NCBI GenBank assembly: GCA_051746405.1 | Contig: JBNJFB010000030.1 | Span: forward strand, 1-27,763 | Source of the DNA: Campylobacterota bacterium | GTDB taxonomy: Bacteria > Campylobacterota > Campylobacteria > Campylobacterales > Arcobacteraceae | Direction: 5' to 3' | DNA length: 27,763 nt | Shown: positions 20,046 through 27,737 of the stretch, piece after piece | How positions within the stretch are numbered: the stretch's first letter is position 1 | How the letters are laid out: every line of letters begins with the position of its first letter | Notes under the pieces: model-generated | The model's input: only the letters and a program-made list of their open reading frames with translations | Database searches by the model: none | Told to the model about the DNA's origin: nothing | Translations under genes and position numbers: made by a program

Positions 20046-20701
20046 TACTTAAACCTTTGTACGCCATTTATAAAATAGTTGGCTAATATGGCACTTAAAC
20101 TAATTGTTAATAAGGTTTCAATACTTAAAATAAAAAAATAGCTAAGCTGCTTTGGATACTCTAAAAAATTTCCATTTAAAAGTGAGAATAATCCAACTAA
20201 GATAAAATAGAATAATCCAAGGGAGTATGTGACTTTTAAAAATAGCTCTTTGACTTTAGCTAGATATTTTGGTTTTGTTATTTTAATTATTATAAATCCA
20301 CCAGCTAAAATAGCTGAAGCTTGAAAAGCTCCACCACTTTGATAAGCTCCACTAAACAGAATATAAAAAGCTACAATAACAATAATTGGAAAAACAGTTG
20401 AGACATAAGTATCAGTTATCAAAAGAGGAAAACTTATAGGTTTATATCTAAAATAAGGGGAAACAGTCTTGATTCCTATTAATGCTAGAAAAATAACTGC
20501 AACTTCAAGTAAAGTATCTAATGACCTAAAATCAAGTAGAATATAGGTTATATCATGTGTTATTTGAGTATTTAACATATGCTCTTTTACTATTTTTTCT
20601 AAACTATTTTCAAAAGGTTTTATATTAATTAAAAAATAAGATAATAATAAAAATAGTAGAAAAGATATGGTTACTAAAAAGAGTTTAAAAATATTGTTCA
20701 T
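20045..20701 (-). CDS. mnhB: Na+/H+ antiporter subunit B-like (MbhE-like plus MnhB domain)
   Basis: ILLDFRSLDTLLEVAV (MrpA C-terminal/MbhE motif) and GAYQSGGAFQAS (MnhB PGGGF-type motif). Confidence 0.85.
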   Translation of the reverse strand: MNNIFKLFLVTISFLLFLLLSYFLINIKPFENSLEKIVKEHMLNTQITHDITYILLDFRSLDTLLEVAVIFLALIGIKTVSPYFRYKPISFPLLITDTYVSTVFPIIVIVAFYILFSGAYQSGGAFQASAILAGGFIIIKITKPKYLAKVKELFLKVTYSLGLFYFILVGLFSLLNGNFLEYPKQLSYFFILSIETLLTISLSAILANYFINGVQRFK

Positions 20702-20940
20702 TTTCTACTCTTTTGTTTTTTTAAAAAAGTTACTGTATCAAGAAGTATAGCTCCTGTAATACCCGAACCTAAAGCAACTTCTGCTAATGCTAAATCATAA
20801 GCACCTAATCTTGTCCAAATCAAAGCTAAAATCATTCCAAATACAATAAAATAAATAACAATATTAAATAGTTTTGATAGTGTAATCATTTTGTATGCTA
20901 ACCATAAAATACCAAAACCAAGTAGTATATCAATTATCAT
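20698..20940 (-). CDS. DUF4040/MbhD-like small Mrp subunit (detached MrpA segment)
   Basis: Three TM segments with LGAYDLALAEVALGSGITG, matching the APDVALxEAxVG signature. Confidence 0.85.
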   Translation of the reverse strand: MIIDILLGFGILWLAYKMITLSKLFNIVIYFIVFGMILALIWTRLGAYDLALAEVALGSGITGAILLDTVTFLKKQKSRK

Positions 20941-21259
20941 TTTTTATACTTTTTTTATTTTTTAAAATAGGTTTCTCACCACTTTTATTAGAGTGACTTG
21001 CTAAAATATAAGTAATAGTAGAAGAACTAATTAAAATAAGAACCCAAATAAAAATAAGTTTTAAAGATACTAAAAAACTACTACTTTTTAAAATCAATCC
21101 TAATACAATAAACCCAACACCTAAATTATCAACTTTAGCTAAAGCGTGCAATCTTGTATATAAATCAAAAAATCTAAATACTCCCAATGTACCTATTAGA
21201 AAAAAAATAGTCCCTACAAAAAAAAAGATATTTGATATAATATATAATAACTCATTCAC
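20930..21259 (-). CDS. mnhG: Na+/H+ antiporter subunit G
   Basis: GTLGVFRFFDLYTRLHALAKVDNLG signature. Confidence 0.92.
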   Translation of the reverse strand: MNELLYIISNIFFFVGTIFFLIGTLGVFRFFDLYTRLHALAKVDNLGVGFIVLGLILKSSSFLVSLKLIFIWVLILISSSTITYILASHSNKSGEKPILKNKKSIKNDN

Positions 21260-21515
21260 TATTTTTTCCTATATATCGAAGTCTTTTTGCAAAAACAATT
21301 GCACTTATTGAACTTAAAAGTACAAATATTAATGCAATATCCAATATGGACTCATTTTGGCTTATATCATATAGTAAAAATAGTATTGCAACTCCTGTTG
21401 TACTAAATAGTAGTGTTACTAGCATTTTACTACTTTTTGTTTTTGTTTTTAAAATATAACTTGCTGTTAAAATTATGTTCAATACTAAAACTACCAAAAG
21501 TATAAATGAAAACAT
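21252..21515 (-). CDS. mnhF: Na+/H+ antiporter subunit F
   Basis: 87 aa, three TM segments, LDIALIFVLLS..S.IVFAK, located between E and G. Confidence 0.82.
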   Translation of the reverse strand: MFSFILLVVLVLNIILTASYILKTKTKSSKMLVTLLFSTTGVAILFLLYDISQNESILDIALIFVLLSSISAIVFAKRLRYIGKNSE

Positions 21516-21517
21516 TT

Positions 21518-22000
21518 TTATATCCTATCTTTTTCAAAAACTTCTACTACTCTATCTTGAGTAGATAAAATAAAATTTTCATCTAATAATTTCTCATCTA
21601 AAATATGTAGTAATAGTTTGCTATTTTCTAATCCCATACTAACAGTACCTGGCATTAAAGAGTATATATTTATAAGCATCGATGTTGAAAAAGAAGTATT
21701 TGTTTTTAAATTAAGTTCATATAAAATTGGCTTTAAATTAAGTTCTCTTTTTAAAGCATAAGATGCAACTATCAATCCACTTTTAATTGAATAAAAAATA
21801 AAAAATCCTATTAACCTTACTCCTTTAAAAAAAGAGAGATTTTCTAAATGTAGTGTAAAAATTAAAGGAGTTACAAAAGAGAATATTAATAAAAATACAA
21901 TAACAAAAATAGAAAAATTAAAAGAGCTTAAAATAGCCCAAAATATTATATATAATATAAACAGTTTCAGACCTGTAAAGATATACTCTTTTTTTTTCAT
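21518..22000 (-). CDS. mnhE: Na+/H+ antiporter subunit E
   Basis: N-terminal TM segments, LKP, NIYSLMPGTVS and LLLHILD. Confidence 0.9.
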   Translation of the reverse strand: MKKKEYIFTGLKLFILYIIFWAILSSFNFSIFVIVFLLIFSFVTPLIFTLHLENLSFFKGVRLIGFFIFYSIKSGLIVASYALKRELNLKPILYELNLKTNTSFSTSMLINIYSLMPGTVSMGLENSKLLLHILDEKLLDENFILSTQDRVVEVFEKDRI

Positions 22001-22018
22001 TTTCTAATCCATTTAAAC

Positions 22019-24976
22019 TTAAGTCTCTACCATAGTATAGTGTAATTCTAATCCATTTGAGGTTGCAACAAAACCATTTATGTTTATACTTCCCTCATGT
22101 ACCATTTTATGATGTTTTTTGCAAAGTGGTATTAGATTATATTTATGATTTGCGTTTATATGTTCAATAAACCCATCTTTATTTGCTCTTGCTTGCTCTT
22201 TTATATGATGAACATCATCACAGTTTTTACCACATATTACACAAGTAGTTACATATAGATTTTTGTTGTACTTTGAGGTTTTTCTTTGTCCTAATCTCTC
22301 TATAGCACTATAATCATCAGTTAATCTTTTTCTAATATCATTTGCAACACTTAAAAACTCTCTATCCATATGTAGTGACCTTGCATACTCTAACCCATAC
22401 ATAGAAGAGCCACTTCCAAAAGATAGTTTTCTATCAAATATTAGTTTATCCTCATCATCTTTATACATAACTGATAGATGAAGAGATATTATATTTTTTA
22501 GTCTTTGTATCTCTTCTAATTGTGGTAATTGATGTAAGTGTGTTGCAAATACAAAAATAGACTCAAGTTTTGAAAGCTTCATAATTGCACTTGTTACAAT
22601 TGATAATCCACTCATTGTTTCAGTACTATGGGAAATCTCATCACCTAAAATAAGTGATTTTTTTGTGGCTCTATTAAAAATATTTTTAAGCTCCAACATC
22701 TCAACTGCAAAAGATGACAAACCTTTTGCAATATTATCAGCCCCACTAATTCTAGTATATACTGCATCAAATATTGAAAACCTCATAGACTTAGCCGGTA
22801 CATAAAATCCAGCTTGAGCTAGGATAACTGCAATACCAATAGATTTCATAAGTGAAGATTTACCTGAAGAGTTTATACCATAAAGTAGCACTCCATTCAT
22901 TTTATTATTTTTTATATTAATTGGATTAGAGTTTTTTACTATTACATTATCTTTATGCTCTTTTGAGCAGTATGATAACTCACCTAAAATAATATCATTT
23001 GGTACATATACACCCTGTTCTTCATTTGCTTCAATTATTGGATGTCTTAAATCAATTAGTTCTAAAAAGTTTTCGTCCTCTTTTGTTTTTACAACTTTTG
23101 GACAAACATAGTTATACTTTTTAGCTGTTTTAATATTTGAAACTGTTAAATCTACTTCTGCAATAAACTGAACTAGTTCATCTAAAAGAGTAGAGAAGTT
23201 TTTTTCAAACTCTATTAATTTTTCTTTAAAAACTAATTTATTTAACTCTACTATTCTTTTTAAGTTATGTACAAACTTATCACTTACTTTTTCAGTTAAA
23301 CTACAAAATATTTTTACAGAGTTTGTTTGTACTCTTATATTAAAATCTTTAAATAGATATAAATCATCATCAATTATTATATGTGAATTTAATAGTTCAT
23401 CTTTTATAAGATTATACCTATTTTTTGTCATAGTAAGAAAAAACCCATCTTTATCAAGTCTATTTATACTTACAAAGTTTGAATCACTTGTAGTATTTAA
23501 ATATTTTAAAATATGCTCTTTTAAAGTTTCAAGTTTAGAAAAAAGTTGCTCATTCTCTTTGTTTAACTCATCAATTTTAGTATTTATACCCTCACAAATC
23601 ATATTTGACTCTACATCTTTTAGCATAAATTTACCAGATATAGCTAAATCAAAAGTAGCATCAATTGATTGTACAAACTGTTCAATCTGAGCACTACTAC
23701 AAGGGGGAGTTAAGAATTTGTAGTTTTCCATAAAAGATACTACCTCTTTTATGCTTTGTAGTGAATCATATAGATAATTTAACTCAAATGGGTGTAACCT
23801 ACTAAGCTTTATTCTTCTTGTAAGCCTCTCTATATCATAGATATTTGCAAGCTCATTCTCTATTGGTTTATGATAATCAAATAACTCTTTAGATAAATTA
23901 AATCTTCTTAATATCTCTTTGGTATCTTTTACAGGATGGGTGAGTCTCTCTTTTAATAGTCTTTTTCCCATTGCTGTTGATGTATTATTCATTAGTTTTA
24001 TTAAGCTTGGATTATGAGTTGTCTCTATAATATTTAACTGCTCTAATGCATTATTCCCCAAATAGATATATTTACTAACATCAAGTCTTGAAGGCAGTGA
24101 TAACTTTTGAATAATATTTGAATCATGCCCTATAACAAAATCAATTAAAACAGCTAAGGACTCCGTACTTAAAGGTACTCTTTCCATATCAAGATGTTCA
24201 ATTGGAGTTAGTAAAGACTCTATTTCAAATACATTTTTAAATAACTCATTTTGATAATTAATTTTTGGTCTAAAAGAGCCTATATGAAACGTTTTTAGCT
24301 TTAATTCTAAATAGTCAATAGCCTCTTTTTGATCTATATTTTTATCTGCAAAAGTTACTACCACTTCATTTGTTTTATGCATATTCATATAGTTAAAAAC
24401 TTCATCCAATGCATAAAGTTTATCTTCACTTGTTCCATGGACTTCATTATAATAACACTTACCTGTGGTTACATCAATAGCACTGTAACCAACTAAATAG
24501 ATACCTTTTACTTGGTCAATAACTAATGAAGTGATATTGTTCTCATCTTGGTTTACTACAAAATCAAAATTTGTCCCAGGACTTACAACAGTATCAAGAT
24601 ATCTTGTTACTTTTGGAGGAACCCCTTTTTGTCTTATTATTACTATTGTGTACTTTTGTTCATTTATAATTCTAGCTAAATGCTTTTCAAATGAAATAGC
24701 AGGAACTCCTGCCATGATAGGATTTTCAGCAGAGTTTTCTAAGATAGTTTTATTTTTTCTTGTTAATTGTATATTTAAAAGTTCAGCAATCTCTTTTGCT
24801 TTTCCTATTTGTTCTTTTTCATTATTTACTTCATATACTTCAAAAAAAGTCCCTATTTCCATTAGAACAACACTATTTTCACCATATTTTTGCTCAAAAA
24901 ATCTTTGAAGTTTAAAATATGTAAATGTTAAAAGAGTGTTTTTATCCTCTAGTATTTCTTGTACCTCTGCTCTCAC
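22019..24976 (-). CDS. MutS-family ATPase with C-terminal HNH endonuclease (MutS7 type)
   Basis: Domain I motif MEIGTFFEVY; TAMGKRLL, DIERL, RHPIIE and PNDI; Walker A GINSSGKS; TRISGADNI..G.SSFAVEM; LGDEI; FATH; C-terminal CVIC...VHHI...NLIPLCKKHH..VH. GTG start. Confidence 0.93.
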   Translation of the reverse strand: MRAEVQEILEDKNTLLTFTYFKLQRFFEQKYGENSVVLMEIGTFFEVYEVNNEKEQIGKAKEIAELLNIQLTRKNKTILENSAENPIMAGVPAISFEKHLARIINEQKYTIVIIRQKGVPPKVTRYLDTVVSPGTNFDFVVNQDENNITSLVIDQVKGIYLVGYSAIDVTTGKCYYNEVHGTSEDKLYALDEVFNYMNMHKTNEVVVTFADKNIDQKEAIDYLELKLKTFHIGSFRPKINYQNELFKNVFEIESLLTPIEHLDMERVPLSTESLAVLIDFVIGHDSNIIQKLSLPSRLDVSKYIYLGNNALEQLNIIETTHNPSLIKLMNNTSTAMGKRLLKERLTHPVKDTKEILRRFNLSKELFDYHKPIENELANIYDIERLTRRIKLSRLHPFELNYLYDSLQSIKEVVSFMENYKFLTPPCSSAQIEQFVQSIDATFDLAISGKFMLKDVESNMICEGINTKIDELNKENEQLFSKLETLKEHILKYLNTTSDSNFVSINRLDKDGFFLTMTKNRYNLIKDELLNSHIIIDDDLYLFKDFNIRVQTNSVKIFCSLTEKVSDKFVHNLKRIVELNKLVFKEKLIEFEKNFSTLLDELVQFIAEVDLTVSNIKTAKKYNYVCPKVVKTKEDENFLELIDLRHPIIEANEEQGVYVPNDIILGELSYCSKEHKDNVIVKNSNPINIKNNKMNGVLLYGINSSGKSSLMKSIGIAVILAQAGFYVPAKSMRFSIFDAVYTRISGADNIAKGLSSFAVEMLELKNIFNRATKKSLILGDEISHSTETMSGLSIVTSAIMKLSKLESIFVFATHLHQLPQLEEIQRLKNIISLHLSVMYKDDEDKLIFDRKLSFGSGSSMYGLEYARSLHMDREFLSVANDIRKRLTDDYSAIERLGQRKTSKYNKNLYVTTCVICGKNCDDVHHIKEQARANKDGFIEHINANHKYNLIPLCKKHHKMVHEGSININGFVATSNGLELHYTMVET

Positions 24977-24977
24977 T

Positions 24978-25397
24978 TTAGTCTCTAACCCCTGTCCAGT
25001 CTCTTATTAGTTTTCTCTCTTCTTTTGTTAAATCAGTCTCTTTGTGAAACATAACATAAGATTGAAGTGGCATTAGTGCATAAACAGTTCTATATATATC
25101 TTCTAGTTGTTCTTTTTTTTCTTCTTTTGTATACTTTTCCCAAGTTGAAAAGTCTAAAGCTTTTCTACCATTTTTTACATGACTATTAATAACCCAAGAA
25201 AAAGGTGCAATATTTGAATACCAAGGCCAACTTGTTTCACCTGAGTGACAATCATAACATGAGTTCTTAAATATATTCATAACTTTTTTAGGAGCTTGTA
25301 TCTCCAAACTTTTATCTGTTTCATAGTTTTCTTGTTTGGTTTGAATAAACTGCATTACAATAAAAATAATCAAAAAAATCAGTAAAGCTCTTTTCAT
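24978..25397 (-). CDS. Membrane-anchored monoheme c-type cytochrome, Haem_bd family
   Basis: N-terminal hydrophobic anchor, SCYDCHS.ET.WPWYS.IAP.SW, and C-terminal MPLQSY (candidate axial Met). Confidence 0.85.
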   Translation of the reverse strand: MKRALLIFLIIFIVMQFIQTKQENYETDKSLEIQAPKKVMNIFKNSCYDCHSGETSWPWYSNIAPFSWVINSHVKNGRKALDFSTWEKYTKEEKKEQLEDIYRTVYALMPLQSYVMFHKETDLTKEERKLIRDWTGVRD

Positions 25398-25405
25398 TTT
25401 ATATC

Positions 25406-25735
25406 CTATTCATAAAATAATCTATATGGTCTTTCTATTTTCTCTAATAATAAAGGAACAGATACATTCCTCCCATATCTAATAAACTCTTTTTTATCAA
25501 AAAAAACAGTTATAGTAGGTATAGAAAATACCGTAAAATGGCTTGAAAGTTCTTTATGCATATCTGCTTTAATTTCACATAGTTTAAACTTTGGGAACTG
25601 TTCTCTTATTTTTTGTTCAACTTTTGGTTTTAAAGCTTCACAAACTGAACAGTTTTTCCCTGAAAAATAGATTAATACAGGTTCACCTTTACTAATAATA
25701 TCCTCTATTTGTTCTTTACTATCTACTATTTTCAT
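25406..25735 (-). CDS. Thioredoxin-family protein with CSVC active site
   Basis: LIYFSGKNCSVCEALKPK, cis-Pro loop FSIPTI, 109 aa, no signal peptide. Confidence 0.88.
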   Translation of the reverse strand: MKIVDSKEQIEDIISKGEPVLIYFSGKNCSVCEALKPKVEQKIREQFPKFKLCEIKADMHKELSSHFTVFSIPTITVFFDKKEFIRYGRNVSVPLLLEKIERPYRLFYE

Positions 25736-27737
25736 CTAGTTTACTTTTTTTTATTTTTTTACTATGCTTTTCATCTAGTTTATTAATATTAACTTCATAC
25801 TGTTTTTCTTTAAAGATTTCCTCTTTTGAAATAGAGATACCTTTCATATGAGTTAATGGGAATGCAAATGCTAAACCTTTTCCACTAGTTGTAATATGCA
25901 ATGAATGAATTACTGATTTTATTACTTCATTTACTTTATATTTTGGTAGTAAAAATAGAAGCAATGAGTCATTGGCTTCAAAAGAGTTTCTATAAAAATT
26001 ACCCATCTCTTCTAATCCAATTCCATTTGCATTTATTACTGTAACACCTGTAGCACCTGCTTTATGTGCTGCATCAACTGCATCAACTTTTTTATCAGTT
26101 GGTACTATAATCACAACTGCACTAAATTTTAAATCCAAGGAGTGTCTTATATCAGACCCATCAATATTAACAGTTGCTAAACTCATGTTATCAGCATCAA
26201 TTAACTTATCATTTAAAAACTCTTCATGCTCAATTTGAGTATTAGATTTTACTCCAATTTTTTCAATTATAATTCCATATAACATAACTGTAATCATAGG
26301 AAATAGTGATGCAAAAGCAATTAAACCAAAACCATCAATCAAAGGACTTCTACCCTCAATATTTGTCGCTAATCCAATACCCAATGCAGCTACTAGTGGT
26401 ACTGTAACTGTTGATGTTGTAACTCCACCACTATCATAAGCAATAGGAATAATATACTTAGGTGCTATAAAGGTCAAAATAATAACAACAATATACCCAA
26501 ATATTATATAGTAATGAATATGCCCACCATCGACAATTCTAAATGCTCCAAGAGCAATACCAATAGCTACACCAGTTGCTACAAAAACTCTTAATATAAA
26601 ATCATTGATTTTACCATCACTAATCTCTTTTGCTTTTTTAGCAATAGCCATAAGTGATGGCTCTGCCATTGTTGTGGAAAACCCAATCGCAAAAGCAAAT
26701 GCATATATCATCATAACTGATTCAGATTTAGTAAGCTGAAATGCCATAGTCTCACCTAGACTAAATAACCCCATTTCAAGCCCTAAAATAAATGCATATA
26801 AACCAACTATAACTAAACAAAATCCTAAAAATACAGTTTGAATATTATCTATTTTTTTCTTTACAACTGCATATTGAAAAAATAGTATTATTAGAAGTAT
26901 TGGAGCCACATCTTTTATTACAGATAACAACCCACTAATAATAGAACCAATAGATATATCAATAGCAGTGGAGTCCTGTGGGGTAGCTAAAGCTGTATCC
27001 ATAACAACTTTACCAACCTCTTGTGCATCAACTAAATTATATACTGCAATACCATAAATTTGTACAAAAATCATAGGAGTTAAAGAAGCAAATGCTATTA
27101 AACCAAAACCATCAACTACAGGATCTCTACCTTTTATAGAGCTTGCTAATCCAATACCAAGTGCAGCTACAAGTGGTACTGTAACTGTTGATGTTGTAAC
27201 CCCACCTAAATCATATGCAAGACCTATAATCTCTTTTGGTGCAAAAAAAGTAACACTTACAACTAGAATATATCCAGCTATAATATAGTAATGAATTGGA
27301 TGACCTTTATATATTCTATATACACCCAATAAAATTGCAAACCCAACTGAACCTGCAACTACAAGTCTTAATACCATTGAGTCAATTCTACCACTTGAAA
27401 TGGAAGCTGCTTTATCTGCGATAACTGCAAGTGCGGGTTCTGCAATTGTGGTACCAAAGCCTATTAAAAATGCAAAGACAAGTACCCATATCATACTTCC
27501 ATGTTTTGCAAAATCCTTAGCTAATCCCTCACCAACTGGAAATATTCCTATTTCAAGACCATGTAAAAAGATTGCTAATCCAACTCCAACTATAAGTAAC
27601 CCTATTGCTGTATTAACCCAGCCATCAGGTACAGCTTGAATAATTGCTAATTGGAAAAAAAGTATTACTACAATTATAGGAAGTAAATCCCTAAAAGAGT
27701 CCTTTAAAAGTTTTAAGAAAAAATTTATCTGTCCCAC
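25719..27737 (-). CDS. Tandem DUF1538 membrane domains fused to a C-terminal PII-like domain
   Basis: Two homologous hydrophobic halves (TTxAEP, AYDxGGVTTSTVTVPLVAALGIGLA, DGFGLIAFASL). C-terminal AAHKAGATGVTVINANGIG...GKGLAFAFP is PII-like. GTG start with AAAGGT RBS. Confidence 0.88.
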   Translation of the reverse strand: MGQINFFLKLLKDSFRDLLPIIVVILFFQLAIIQAVPDGWVNTAIGLLIVGVGLAIFLHGLEIGIFPVGEGLAKDFAKHGSMIWVLVFAFLIGFGTTIAEPALAVIADKAASISSGRIDSMVLRLVVAGSVGFAILLGVYRIYKGHPIHYYIIAGYILVVSVTFFAPKEIIGLAYDLGGVTTSTVTVPLVAALGIGLASSIKGRDPVVDGFGLIAFASLTPMIFVQIYGIAVYNLVDAQEVGKVVMDTALATPQDSTAIDISIGSIISGLLSVIKDVAPILLIILFFQYAVVKKKIDNIQTVFLGFCLVIVGLYAFILGLEMGLFSLGETMAFQLTKSESVMMIYAFAFAIGFSTTMAEPSLMAIAKKAKEISDGKINDFILRVFVATGVAIGIALGAFRIVDGGHIHYYIIFGYIVVIILTFIAPKYIIPIAYDSGGVTTSTVTVPLVAALGIGLATNIEGRSPLIDGFGLIAFASLFPMITVMLYGIIIEKIGVKSNTQIEHEEFLNDKLIDADNMSLATVNIDGSDIRHSLDLKFSAVVIIVPTDKKVDAVDAAHKAGATGVTVINANGIGLEEMGNFYRNSFEANDSLLLFLLPKYKVNEVIKSVIHSLHITTSGKGLAFAFPLTHMKGISISKEEIFKEKQYEVNINKLDEKHSKKIKKSKLDENSR
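26368..27206. repeat. Intragenic direct repeat, 62 nt at 26368-26429 and 27145-27206
   Basis: Manual alignment gives 58/62 identity including an exact 29-nt run (agtggtactgtaactgttgatgttgtaac). The offset is 777 nt (259 codons). Confidence 0.9.

Noticed and set aside
15355..22000. Membrane-bound hydrogenase or complex I operon
   Set aside because: No NiFe large/small subunit, Fe-S protein or NuoH-like gene in the block; the E, F and G subunits indicate an Mrp-type antiporter.
22097..22243. HNH module as a homing endonuclease or intein
   Set aside because: It is C-terminal, in frame and lacks intein splice motifs; it matches the known MutS7 architecture.
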